DNA from: Amoebidium appalachense
Lineage: Eukaryota; Protista; Ichthyosporea
Assembly: GCA_963693365.1 (NCBI GenBank)
Contig: CAVNZM010000001.1
Span: 12,240,161-12,304,160 of the forward strand
DNA: 64,000 bases
Direction: 5' to 3'
Below the pieces are notes generated by a model that saw nothing but the letters and a program-made list of their open reading frames with translations, was not told the origin of the DNA and made no database searches. Shown here piece by piece: positions 1-33,920 of the stretch; position 1 is the stretch's first letter; each line of letters starts with the position of its first letter. The position numbers and the translations under genes are program-made.

Positions 1-34
<34 letters not shown>

Positions 35-67
35 CCAGCTGATACCGAGTGTCCCGAGGGGGAGCCC

Positions 68-107
<40 letters not shown>

Positions 108-1791
108 GGGAACCCCAACTAATTGATTTCTCCTTGTAATCTTTATGGTGTCTCGTAGAGAAAGTAAACCCTGATATATAGTCACCACCCGACATCTATG
201 TACGTGATCATGATATACCGCTGAGGGGATATTCCGAGCAAACCCCCCCCCCCCCCCATACCTGAGACTGGTTCTCTTTGCCTCGAGTAAACAGCGTAAA
301 CCCCAATTCTATATGTAGTCACTCCGAGTGCTCGTCCCATGGTCCGCGGCCTCTTTTTTTCTTTTTTTTCTTTTTTTTTTTCTTTTTTTATGTTGCCGCA
401 GGCGACAGCGCAGTAGGGCCCAGCCACTTATGTAAGCCAGCGGGTACTAAGCTTGGAGACTAGCTTTCAGCCAGTCTTCGAGTTGAGTGACTGAGTCAAA
501 GCAGTGGCGGAAAAGGCGGATCCGGATTATGCAAGTTCACACTTCATGAGCCAAGGTTACAGACGTTGCAGCTCTGTGTACATATACGTAGCAGTACCGT
601 GCGGCAAACAGTAGTAGGTATTACTGAGAGTGACTCACAAATAGCGGGATGCTTGAAGGGGCCTTGATGGGTACACCATGTATTTTTCTCCTTGAACACC
701 GTAGCACAAGGAACGCTACACAAGGCAGAAATAATAAACACACATGAAAAGTTGATGGTGAACTACTACTCTAACGTTTGTGCCGCTGGTTGGACCCAAG
801 GTTATACTTAGGCGACATCTCTTTTGGCAAAGCAAGAATTTAATTAAGCAAGATGAAATCAGCACAGCGTGCATGCATATGTACGTGCCAGTGAGCTTGA
901 GTTTTCCCCGAGAGAATCCCCGATAAGAATAAAGCTTGGATCATCTGTCAGTGAGGAGTTGGGGCATAACATGGTGCATCGGAGTAGCAAGGGGCATACC
1001 ATGCACTCTGGCCTTGCACTAGGCTAAGCCAGGGACGTGCACACAGTCTCCGACTTGGTACCATAAGCATTGCCGTACGTTAGCCTCCCCCCTCTCCCGC
1101 TCCACGCCGCTAAAGTTTGGTTTGCACATCAAATCCATAAATTTTCCTAATCGGTATTGTCCATAGATCACCCCCCGCCCCCCCCTTCCCCCCGCCTTCC
1201 CAGTGACCCTCCCCCTCCCAACTACCCCTTTCTCCCCCATCCCTTCATAGCCGCCCCCCTTTGCCCAATTCAACGCTATGCTGGTTGATGGCTGCCTCCA
1301 CACCCGTTTCCCTAGCACCCCGAAAGGCTACTTCCCCCCTTGACCCATTTCCGGTTTTATGAAGTTGCAAACTATTTGTGTGTTTCATCTCTTATGTGCC
1401 TCATAGTAATTCGAACTTCGTACTGCGTGCCACATCCTTCTACCCTCCATCCCCTCCCCCCCTCCCCCCGCGCTACCCCAGGGACCCCTTTTATCCGCAC
1501 ATACACAAAGACTGCAGTGTACCCGGTGGGGTTCAAACAGTCACACACACACAAACACACACACACATGCACGGTGCGTGCGTGGACACACATGATGCGC
1601 GTGGACACACACACACACGCACACATCCACGCACGCTCACACGTACACCAACACAATACACACGCGCACGTCGTACACAGTGACACACACAGAGCCTCAC
1701 ACTCAAGACACACACATATTGTATCTGCACCCGAATACACACGTGCACACAGTGCAAACACACACACACAAGCACACATGTGCACACACAC

Positions 1792-1838
<47 letters not shown>

Positions 1839-1922
1839 TGTCTTGCAAGAGCACACAAACACAGACGCACATACACGCATGTACACAGGCACACACACAC
1901 ACCACACACACACACGTGCACG

Positions 1923-1967
<45 letters not shown>

Positions 1968-2338
1968 ACACACACACTTGAACGTGCAAAAACACCGCTA
2001 CGCATATGTAGTGCACACGACACACTTATAAACACACGGTGCGGATGCCTTTTTTCCGACGCCTTCAATCTAAGAAGTCCTTTCTTCTTCTTTTTGCTTG
2101 TGTGTGTGCATCTGCTTGTTTGTCACAGTGTGTGAGAGGGATTTGGGGGTGGGGGGTCCCTGTGTTGGGGGGAGGGGGGGGGGGGATTTTTTGGGAGGCA
2201 TTGGAAAGTGGGGACTCGGGCAGTAGAGAGCAAGTTAATTAAATCATGACGTAGAAAACCCCAAGCACAACCCTTTTGATGGATTTTGGCGGTTATAGCC
2301 CCTCTCCCGTCGTGCCCCCGTCCCCCCCCCCTCCCCCC

Positions 2339-2370
<32 letters not shown>

Positions 2371-2562
2371 ACGATATCCTCCCCTCCTTCTGTAATAATT
2401 AGATTCTTCCCTCCCATAGGCCTCTCCCTCCGTCCAACCGGGTCACTCTGAATTCATCTTTCTCTGAAGTGTATTACAAGTTGAAATGACTCCGTAACGG
2501 TTAGCAAATACCAGTTTCACCCAGCATATTGCATCAGGGCTCGCTCGTAACGTACTGTATTG

Positions 2563-2604
<42 letters not shown>

Positions 2605-3815
2605 TCCTCCTCCTCCTCCCGGCTCCCCCAGGGCCTCCACAAAAGGCCGGACATGCATTGCCACACACTATAGCTAGCTAGGCTAACTACAAAAGTCGAT
2701 CTCGCTGCATGCACCTGTATACTAATCACACAGAAAACTCGAATGCAACTTAGCACAAGCTGAATCGCGCACACCCACCCACACACTCTTTGTCCTTCAC
2801 ACCCTCCCTTGTGCCTCTTAACCTCTCTCACTCGTGCACCGGGTCCGGACGTGTTGTAGTCGGATATGAATGTGTCTCTGCCGCAAGCATTGAATGAGCA
2901 ACAAATGGAAGCACTACATACGGCACACAGTGCTGTGCTGATGTTTCGTTTACACCGTTTCATGAGAAATGCGTGCCTTTAAGCCCTTTTCTTTGGGCGG
3001 ATATAAAGACTTGGCAAGTTGGCATGCGGAGTTGGAGGTTGACACCCAGCAGCCCAGAGCATGTGAACGCAACTTCAACAGCGCGCCGTTTCAGAGAACG
3101 GATCCATTGAAGGAATTTGCATGGTTGAGAAGAGGAATGATTGGACAATACTTTCTTTTCGAGAGATCGGGTTGGTCAATGTGGGGACTGTTGGCAGTCC
3201 CCCAGACTCCTGATCGAATGTGACTCGAGGTGTAGCCGGACCAGCTCGGGGAGTCGGGGTTTCATAATTGTTTATTCGGTAGAACACGAACACCCGTCGC
3301 ACAGCTGCCGGGAAATTCTAAAGGAAAAAAAATATATTCCTGAATACGCAGCGTATATTGTTTTCCCCCAAAAAATAAGATAAAATAAAAGAAGAAGAAA
3401 ATCGTAATTTTGAAATTTCAGCTTTTGGAAAATTTGCTCTTCAGTTGATATACGTCGTACTGTATACTGCCAAGGAACCGAGCCAAGAAACCTTCTGCAA
3501 CAGAAATAACGCTGCACGCCGCCTAAAACCTTAGCTGTTGAAAATTACTGTACTGTTTTGGTTTAATTTGGTCTCTAGTTCTGTTATAGCCACAGGCTGC
3601 ATCCAACCTACATAAGCAATGTGTATGACTCGATGAATGTTTTAATGTTGCCCGGCAATGAGACAGGCCATATAAGAATTTTGGGGGATTCATGCTGAAT
3701 ATACAACGCCCAATCAAAGTTCTGGTGGATAGAAAATCGCTAAATATGGCTAAAGTGCGCATCGAATGAGCCAAATGCACGCTCATTTTTGAAATTGTTT
3801 CTCCGGCCGAAAAAG

Positions 3816-3823
3816 TATATAAA
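3816..3823 (+). promoter_or_regulatory. Putative TATA box of the SCCPDH-like gene
   Basis: TATATAAA about 130 nt upstream of the ATG at 3950, followed by an A/C-rich leader (CAACACAATGG). An AATAAA lies downstream of the gene at 5458-5463. Confidence 0.5.
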
Positions 3824-3949
3824 GCGCCCGCTCACACCACGTCGACAGCAATAAAAGTCAGTTGAAGTTCAACCAGGCTCCAAACATCTTCTCAACCTTA
3901 TTCTACACATAACACCTTCCAAAGTGCACGCACACAACAACTCAACACA

Positions 3950-5161
3950 ATGGCAGCGCGCGAGTTTGAAATTGTTCTCTGGGGCGCAACCGGTTTCACC
4001 GGCAAGCTCGTAGCCGAGTACCTTACCAAAGAATATGCCCGTGGTCTTTCCTGGGCTCTCGCTGGCCGCAATGCACAGAAACTTGAACAGGTCAAGGCCG
4101 AACTGGGTGAGGGTGCCAAGAACATCCCTGTCATTATCGCCGACAGCAACGATTTACCTTCTCTCGAGTCTCTTGCCAAGCGTACACGCGTTGTCATAAC
4201 GACGGTCGGCCCATACATTCTGTACGGGAAATTTCTTGTGGAGGCGTGCGCAAAGAACGGCACACACTACTGCGACCTTACCGGAGAGCCCTCGTTCATC
4301 AACTGGAGCATTAAGAACTGGGACGCAGAGGCAAAGAAGACACAGGCTATGATTGTCCACGCCTGCGGATACGATTCCATCCCTTCGGACCTCGGGACTT
4401 TCCTTGTTGCTGACCACATGGCTAAGAAACATCAGCGCAAACTGGCTTATGTGACCAGCGCTGTTATTATGAAGGAGCTGAAGGGAGGAGCAAGCGGAGG
4501 CACCATCGCTTCTGCCAAGCTGGCCATCCAGAACCCCGACCTGGAGAGCATGGACCCGTATGCACTCGTTCCAAAGGGTCTCCCCCGTGGAAACGACAAG
4601 GACTATACTATTCCGCACTACGACTCCGACGTGAAGAGTTACGTTGCGACTTTCGTCATGGCAATGGTGAACAGCAAGGTGGTGCGTCGCTCCAATGCCC
4701 TTCTTGGCATGTCCTACGGTCAGGCTTTCTCCTACCACGAGGAGATGGCAACCGGTTCCGGTGTGTCTGGTTTTGTTACTGCTGTGGTAACTACTCTCGG
4801 CCTCATGTTTATGGCATATGCTCTCCGTTTCTTCCCCGACGCCATTCTCAATCGTTTCATTCCCCAACCGGGAGAGGGACCTTCGCGCCGTGCGCAGGAG
4901 CGTGGCGCGTTCAAGCATGTTTTCGTAGGTAGGAGCGAAGACAAGAAGATAGCGGTGCAAGGCATCGTAGCAGGGAAGGTGGACCCGGGCTACCTGGGCA
5001 CGTCAAGAATGCTTGCCGAGGCGGCTGTGTGTTTGGCTAAGGATGATGTTATCGGTAAGCAGGGCGGTGTGCTCACACCTGCAAGCGCTATGGGAGGGAA
5101 ACTTATTGATAGGTTGAAGGCTGTGGGGTTCACTTATGAGGTGCAGGATATCGATGCTTAA
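3950..5161 (+). CDS. Saccharopine dehydrogenase-like oxidoreductase (SCCPDH / trans-acting enoyl reductase family), single exon, 403 aa
   Basis: Rossmann motif IVLWGATGFTG, plus WALAGRN, TTVGPY, HYCDLTGE, CGYDSIPSDLG, SGGT, DPGY and GGVLTPASAMG, all typical of this family. Uninterrupted ORF. Confidence 0.95.
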   Translation: MAAREFEIVLWGATGFTGKLVAEYLTKEYARGLSWALAGRNAQKLEQVKAELGEGAKNIPVIIADSNDLPSLESLAKRTRVVITTVGPYILYGKFLVEACAKNGTHYCDLTGEPSFINWSIKNWDAEAKKTQAMIVHACGYDSIPSDLGTFLVADHMAKKHQRKLAYVTSAVIMKELKGGASGGTIASAKLAIQNPDLESMDPYALVPKGLPRGNDKDYTIPHYDSDVKSYVATFVMAMVNSKVVRRSNALLGMSYGQAFSYHEEMATGSGVSGFVTAVVTTLGLMFMAYALRFFPDAILNRFIPQPGEGPSRRAQERGAFKHVFVGRSEDKKIAVQGIVAGKVDPGYLGTSRMLAEAAVCLAKDDVIGKQGGVLTPASAMGGKLIDRLKAVGFTYEVQDIDA

Positions 5162-6022
5162 AGGATTCTTAGGATGTCACTCGGCATAGCTGGGAGAGTG
5201 ATATGTGGAGGATTTTCTCCAAGGTTTAAGGGATTTTCGCTGTAAAAATGTGTTATGTACATTGAAGTTACAAATGTGTTTTCCACGTTATCCACGTACT
5301 TCCATATACTTTTCTTTTTTTGCTAACCCGAGTTGTAAAACCTGTGTGACTGCAACTTCCCTCACGCAGGTGCTTATCTTTGTCTTTACTTAGCTTAGTA
5401 TATGTGTAAGAAGGTCTTGGAAATATGATATTTGACAAAGTCTGTGCTACCAAACCAAATAAATACATACTGAAGAAGAGCTTTCTCTGTGCTCTATCTG
5501 CAAGGCAGCCGCCTCCTCCTTAACATCCTCCTCCTCTTCCCTCCCCCCCACCCACACACCCACCCACCCGCCCGCCCCAGCCCACCACCCCTCCTCTCGT
5601 GATGAACCGAAGCACACGGTTTTAGTAACGGGTTTGTTCTAATGCCTTCCCCCCTTCCCCCCCCCCCTCCCCCCCCCCCCCTCTTGGGAGGTTTTCCTGT
5701 TGGATAGCATGTCACTATAGAAAACACACACCAGCACAGAGTTTCGTGCATACTGAATGCTAGCGTATGCAGCCCTTCCCCCCACCTCCCACCCCCTCCC
5801 GACCCCTCCCCCCACCCCAGACACACGCGCATGCACACACACACACGCTGAATATTATTATTGAGACTATACACTAACAGTGAGATGGCGACCGGGCTCG
5901 TTTACACACAAGCTTAGACCACTCAGGGTATTACTCATGAACAAGTACACATGCACAAGCACATCGACACGCTGTTGCACACACACCCTTTTGCCCGTAA
6001 CTTGCCCCGGCGCTCCCCCCCC

Positions 6023-6053
<31 letters not shown>

Positions 6054-7586
6054 ACTTGCCCCCCGGTCTGGCTCTACCTGCCAGTGGGGGGGCACCTGCT
6101 TCTTGCTTTGAACCTCTCCCTTACCCCCAACCCCCGTCGTGCACAACCCTTGCCCGTCGTCATTACATACTTGCTTGTCACTTTGTGTTCCCTTATTATC
6201 CTTTTCCGACCCAAAGGCGGCATCTCGTTTTGACTATGCAGACATTGCAGGACAACATAGTTCAAAGGATGTACAACCAACAGGCTGACAGTACCTTCAA
6301 ACACGAAGCCAAGCAATAGTGATTGACAATTGACTCTTCTCCTCCTCTGCCCTTCCCCTCTTCCCCCTCCACTCCCTCCCCCTCCCCCGCCGCCCCTAAA
6401 GCCCACACATCAAAAGCCAGATGAAAGAATAAAACCCTGAACACAAAAACAACGGGTTTTCAGCCACGGCACCCTAAGGGACTAGGTGCAGCCAGACGTT
6501 CTCTCTCTCTCTCTAAGGCAAGGTGCTCCATCACCCCTAGCCTCCCCTGTCCCCTTTCCAACGAACATCGATCAACCACCTTCTTTCCATGATAGGCCGT
6601 CCAGAATCCAGCAGCATCGTTCTGTTGTTTCTATGACTCATCTGCTTGCCCGGTGCCCTCTTCTGCATTTCAACCTCGCAACGGCCACACACACTCACAC
6701 TCACACGAACTCGACCACCCAAGAGCAGCCTCCCAAGCGCAGCCACGCGCATTTTTTCTGAGCTCATTTTTTGTGGCTCTTTTTCAAGACTCGCACGAAG
6801 ATCTTCGGCGCCAGCGGTGCGCCCCTATCCAATAGGTGATGTTGACCAATCATATGGGCTGAAGCAATCGAAGCTGTCCGGCGGTAGTAACATTTATTGA
6901 ATAAAGAAGAAATACCGGTTATTGATAATTCCGGAAACCCTCTTTTTTGGCTTTATTTGGCCGTAATCCGGTTAATTAAAAAGGGTATTTCGTACCCTGT
7001 CCCTATCTTGCTCAACCAGCAACAGAGCTTGAAACAGAAGACGGGGCTTACACTTACCCTTACAAGGCTTGCAGACATCGAGACTCTTAGAGATTTTTTT
7101 ATACCCATATTTGCAAGTTAGAGGGAGTTAGTTCCTAGTGTTAAGTATAAACATAGAGGTCATTGGTTGCTTGGTGGAGTCATGCCTTTGCTGACATGAC
7201 CATGAACACTTCGAAATTGTCACAGTCAAAGAAGTGTCACAAAGGGCTTTAGGTCACACCAGAAAAACTAAACCACTTAATAAATGATAAGGGAAGCATT
7301 ATCTGCTAATTGATTTCTTGTATGTTATTGAAACGCAATCCTTCTGGCCCAAAGCTTTCCTTGATTTGCTTCACTGATGTTTGACATCTTTGGTCGGAGA
7401 TCTCGCACGCTATGTTGAGAAGATAGTAACCGTGGTTACAGTTCCTTGACCTACATGACATTTTAGCAACATCTACTTATTAACAGACCACTTACAAGAA
7501 TAAATGAATTAAATCTTGTTTTCTAAACATCTTCAGGATTCACACTCAGCAACTATATTCGGCAATCAAGCCGATAATCCTACAAC

Positions 7587-15268
<7,682 letters not shown>

Positions 15269-16470
15269 AAGCACAAGAGGATACGAAAATACGCTATGCT
15301 CATTCCATGGTACCATACGCACTGCGACAAATTATCCCCGGCTAGTCAAAATATGGTAAAGTTATGACAGTTCAAGTTCCAGGTTTATGATGTTATGATG
15401 TTAGGCTACGCTTGTCACTGCATGTGGTTTTTTTTTCCCCTTTTGATTCAGAAGGCCATTGATACCGTACCTGAAATGTGCATGATGCGATTACATAAAT
15501 AACAATATAGCAGCTATATGTTGATGATAAAGAAATTTTTTTTTTGCCCGGCCAGTATGTATGTAGTTGTGCTCTGTACAGGTTCTCAAACTGGCCTTTT
15601 TACATACCGATATTACTCTCCAGCTTCTTTTTGTTGTTGTTTCATGATTTCTGTCCTGGATACAGCACTGATCATGCGGCAATCTCTTAGTGATGCACGA
15701 ATCATTGACAAATATATAAGTCTTATTCAAAACAGGATCTCACACTGGGACTGGAAGCTCACGTTTGCATAAAGATCGTCCTTACCCGAGCCCCTGAATT
15801 TTGCCGCAATGGTCGCTCTCAGTGAACGTGGATATGACCTCTGATGTGTTGCTTTCTTTCCGTTGACCTAAGATCTTAGTGGCGGTTTCGTACTTATAAT
15901 ATGCTTAAAGCTTATCTATAGTATAGGGGCTTAGAAAGTTTTCTTGTTGGTTTTTTGGTTTCTCCAAGCACACAGTCACTGTAGAATTCGATACACAAAT
16001 CACGTGTTTTTCAGTCCTCCATTGTCCCTGTTGCCGGCTGCATTTACATTAACAGGGAAACAGAGCTGTTTACTTGTTATGATTGGTTTGCTATGATAGA
16101 TTGATTATTTTGTTAAATATGTTTATAGTGTTTGTCTCTGATCAAGACTGGTGACCCACCCATGTTCAAGCGAAACAGTACCGCACACACCACCATGGGG
16201 CCTCAGAAGAAAACGGGCTCTCCTTGATAAGATGTATATTGTTGCAGCATGGTGTAGTCCTTCGTGAACATCTTGTGTACTTTGTATCATAAACACTGTA
16301 ACGGATTCTAATACCCCTCCTCTCCCTCCCCCAAACCTCAAACCCAACCGTACACCCACCCATCCACATACATACCCCCCCCCCCCCCCCCCCCGTCTCC
16401 TGAGTTCCTATCTATATTTTTCTTGCTTCTGCTTACTGCTGCAACTTTAACCCCCGGCCTTTCCCACTGC

Positions 16471-16723
16471 CCTTGCCTGCATAAGCAACCCTGCTCGTCT
16501 CTGATCATGACGGGTGACCTACCCATGTTCAAGTGAAACAGTATCTGAGTCGGGTTTCGTTAACGAGGTGAATAGGTCGAAACTCGGGTACGTACTGTGG
16601 ATGACGTGGGTCCCCCCTGAGGATGGGCTCTGCTTATTATGCATACCCTTTATGTATGGCTTGCATTCTGCATCGTGTTATCCGTTTGTTCTTGTGTACT
16701 TCGTACTTTTTGACGCATTCAAA
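16471..16723 (+). mobile_element. Structured dispersed repeat (long copy) with hammerhead-like core boxes; possible Penelope-like, retrozyme-like or SINE-like element
   Basis: Collinear with 59892-60174 and, reverse-complemented, with 38793-39025. Its distal 95 nt are nearly identical to 60788-60905. Ends CATTCAAA plus a C-run. A partial copy of the proximal part lies at about 16130-16180. Confidence 0.7.
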
Positions 16724-16775
16724 CCACCCCCCCCCCCCCCCCCCCCACCCTCTCCCCCCCCCCAACCCAAAAAAA

Positions 16776-16808
<33 letters not shown>

Positions 16809-17193
16809 AAAAAACCACACCACCGTCATTATGACTTTGCACGGGGCATCACAGAAGTACTGCAACGCCATCATTAAATTGCACACCGTGTAGGGGCACT
16901 CGTGGCAAGACACCAGGAACTTAAAATTTTTACTCTGGTGCTATTTGCTGGTGCCACCACGCCTGCGTGGTTCAGAGAAAAAAAGAAATCTTTTTTTCTG
17001 ATATTTTTTTCTGCACATGTTGGGAAGCCGGTCATGCATAGAGAGAACTATCAAGGAGCCCATAAATGGGGGGGGGGGGGGGGGGGAGGGGGAGGAGGAG
17101 AGGTGCGATGACTGATAAATAAGAGGCTTTTGTGCGTATTTGTGAATGAGCCCGGAGGAGATCTCTAGAGGGGGGGGGAGGGGGGAAGGGGGG

Positions 17194-17226
<33 letters not shown>

Positions 17227-17404
17227 CGCGCGCACGTGTGTGTGTGTCTGTGTATGTGTGTGTGGGTGCGGGTTTGTGGTGTGTTTGGTGGGGGAGGGGG
17301 CATGATAGGTAACTGGAGAAGACGGCGTATATAAGGTGTGTGTGTGTGTGTGTGTGTGCCTCCCAGGTTGGTTTGGGTGGAGTGCCGGATGGGTGGGGGT
17401 TTTT

Positions 17405-17435
<31 letters not shown>

Positions 17436-18468
17436 GGGGGGGGGGGGTAGGCTGAAATCCCAAAACAAAAACCAAAAAAGCAGAGGAGTTTTTTATTTTA
17501 TCTTATCGTTTTGTCCCCTAGGGATCCGCCAGGGGGCCCTCATAGGAACTACCGTCGTCCACACAGCACCGACTGTACCCAAGTTAGGGTGCTAAAGGCG
17601 CAATCAGCTAAGCTGACACACCGTTACCAATCCTAACTACTATAGTACACACTTAGCCCAGGGTTTGCACCCCTGCACCCCAGCCTTGTCGGTAAAAAAA
17701 AAAAAAAAGGGGGGGGGGCAGAGGAGGAAAAGGTGTATGTATGTATAGTTGCTCGAAGAAAATACAGGAAGTGACGGAAAAATAGCACCAGGACATAAAC
17801 ACAACACAAAAGAGTACGAAAATCAAGCAAGTGAAGCACACGGGTAGGTTTATGATATACACACACCCACACCCACACCCACACCCACACCCACACAACA
17901 CACACACACAACACACACACACATCTGGGTGGGGAGTTTAGGGGGGGGAGGGGGGGGGCTGGGGGGGGAAGGGATGCCAAAAAAACGAAAGCAGAAGAAT
18001 GAAGCTCCCGGGGAAAGTGAGGTATGCTCAGCTAGGTATGGCTAGTGCAAGTGTCGAGAAAAAGCAAGGAAAATGTGACATAGGAGGGGAAGGTGGTGGT
18101 GGTGGTTGGGGGGGGGGGGGGGGGGAGGGGGGAGGGGGGGGGGGGGGGGGGGGGGGAGGCTGAGTACACGGATGCAAAAAGGGAGGCATATGCAGTATAT
18201 CGGGGGAGAAAGAAGGGATGAGGGGGGAGCATATATTACCCTACTTATTTATACCTTACACAGATACATACACACACAATCATACACACACACACACGGA
18301 GAGAGAGGGAGGGGGGAAGGGGGAGAGGGCGGGGGGAGAGCGAGAGAGTAAGGTATAGAGAGAGAGAGGGAGAGGAAGAGGGAGAGGGAGAGGGAGAGGG
18401 AGAGGGGAGAGGGAGGGAGGGAGGGAGGGAGAGGGGGGGGGGGGAGAAAGGGGGGAGAGAGAGGGGGG

Positions 18469-18471
<3 letters not shown>

Positions 18472-18508
<37 letters not shown>

Positions 18509-18515
18509 AGAAAGG

Positions 18516-18570
<55 letters not shown>
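18472..18570 (+). repeat. (GA)n microsatellite within a long polypurine tract (about 18295-18600)
   Basis: Direct reading of the sequence. Confidence 0.9.
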
Positions 18571-18581
<11 letters not shown>

Positions 18582-19504
18582 CGGGAGGGAGGGAGTAGGA
18601 ATCGGGAAAGAGTGTGTGTGTGGGGTGGGGAGGAGAGGCTATGCATGCATGCGAATGCACAAGATGCACTCGAAGAGTAATAAGCAGGCTAACAGAAATA
18701 ACTTAACGAAGGCCATAAGCCAACGCCACCTTACCAGAACGATCAGGGTTCACGTTTCATTAACTGAGTGTACAACTGAAGTGATCAGACCTCTTTCGCT
18801 TCGGCTTGTTAAACGCATCGCGACACAGGCTCCCACCAAGGCAGGTTCCCGCGGCACTAGGCTTCGGCCTTCTGATGGTCATCACATCACTAAACATAAA
18901 AGAGGAAAGAGAAAAGCACACACACAAGGAAACATATATCATTAAGACAAGAGAGAAAGAAGACAGGAAGAAAGGATAGAGAGTTTGGACCCTAATCATC
19001 GGAGGAAGTAAACCCTCCTCAGACGCTCCTACATTCTCGTCACACTTAATAGACACAGCCAAGTCCATCCATAAGGAAAACTCAAGCCATCTCTAGTCAA
19101 ATATCGCTCCACGTAGGGTCGGTCCATTCGCTCTCTCTCTCCTTTCAAGAAAATGAAAGGCTGCCGTGGTGAAAAACATAGCCGCTTAACGTATAAGCAG
19201 GTATAGGTAAAGAACAGTATCATTCCCTTGGCACCTACGTAGCGGCCGTACAAAATCATTATACATTGCATGCACTTATAGGACGCGGGGGCCAAATTCG
19301 CTATATTTAGCATGCCCCGGTACTAATGCTACTAAATATAGATATTGGGGCGATAACGTAACTGGGCGCTCGCTTTCAAAATAATTCGAAGCAGGGTGCT
19401 TTTTGGACATGTTCACTTGGAAAAAATGAGAAACATCAGATTTTTTTAGGAGAGAAGCTTTATAGGATGTAGTTTTTCGTGAGAGTTGTGTTGAATGCTA
19501 AAAA

Positions 19505-32385
<12,881 letters not shown>

Positions 32386-32952
32386 ACATAAATAATTTCG
32401 AGTCTATTAAATCCCACCTTAGCTCGGATAGACTACTACTAGTAGTTATCCCGCGTCTATCTAAATCCCACGGGGCCAAAACATGTGTGGGCGAAGTGCC
32501 CACATCATGCACGTCCTACAAAAAATCGATTGAAGATGCAAGTTCTGGAACCGAACAGAGGAGGGGAGGAGGGCCCGGGTGTGACTTTGTATCTGGGCCA
32601 TTTAGGCTTTGCGTTACGTATATGTACTGCAATTTTGGATTGTGCCATTCGTTGTTCCCCCCCGTTTTCCTGTTTTCGAATTATAGTTATAATGGTGGCA
32701 GAAAGACGGGAATAGGAACGAAAATCCATTTTCTAGGTGATGGGTGGCATTGTTGGACTGCTTGTGGCTTTCGTTTCTACTTTTTTAAACACACATTTTT
32801 CTTGTTGACACGAATATATGGCGTTATCGGTATGATATTATTGGTCTTTGCCTTCAAAAATGTGGCTAAACCGGTTTTCTTTGGTTGTTGGTCTTAGGTC
32901 TCCTGCTTGATTTTTCAGGCGAAATTCAAAATATCACGCACACCGATTTCGT

Positions 32953-32983
<31 letters not shown>

Positions 32984-33012
32984 CCTTCTTCTTTTAGGGA
33001 GAAGAGGGGGGA

Positions 33013-33052
<40 letters not shown>

Positions 33053-33882
33053 TCAAAATGAATACCGGAACCGCACTGAATGAATGAATATGTGGGCAAA
33101 TAAGATCGGTTTTCCTCCGTACCTGCTACCAGGTGCCCATAGTAGGGGCGGCTGAATGTACATTTTGATATCTCTGTGGTATTGAAGGATGGCAATGTAG
33201 CTAGCTCTCTGCTAACTAACGAACATGTGAGTTTGTGCGTGCTCTTGCGCGTGCATGCATGCGATTGAATGCGTGCTCTTGCAGTTGCATGCGTTTCCAT
33301 GTGGCCGACTTCTCAAGGGTCTACGTGCACGTATGTTTGGCCGCCCACGCTTGCACATGATAAGACTATTACAGGTACAATTCGACGTCTAGGTGAGCCT
33401 ATATATGCATCACGACAGAGTTAGCTAATACATACGAACATATGTGCATGCACGAATGTGAGCAAGTAACGGGTCGTGGGTGTAGTTTGTGTGCACAGAC
33501 AGCCCCCCCCCCCCCCCCCCCCCCTTCCCCCCCCTCCTTTCCCACACTCACATGTACAAACACACACACACACCGTGCACACACACACACACGCACGATA
33601 AAACCCACCACCACCACCACCCACCCACCCACCCACACACAGTGTTCATACGATTGAAACACATATGCGACTGTCACCACACACACAATTGTACAGAGGA
33701 AAGTGATTTTTGAAGTCGAAAACAATACTATTGAAATTTTAGCTGAGCTGCCACAAACCAATTTTCTCGCTGTGCCTATATATAGATTGTTGTTTATGTA
33801 ACCTATACTAATACTGTGACGTGAACATGGCCGTCCTAGTTAGAAGGCCTTATGGGCACACATAGTTTTAAAAACTTGTGAG

Positions 33883-33920
<38 letters not shown>

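Noticed and set aside
1340-2135. Long ORFs of poly-HT, poly-CV, poly-P or poly-G here and throughout the window
   Set aside because: They are translations of (CA)n, (TG)n and C/G runs, which lack stop codons in any frame; most lie within introns.
2960-3302. Short complex-sequence ORFs on both strands
   Set aside because: Could be an exon, but I found no recognisable motif and no consistent splice chain.
4154-4960. 268 aa minus-strand ORF
   Set aside because: Antisense shadow of the SCCPDH-like gene; no motifs.
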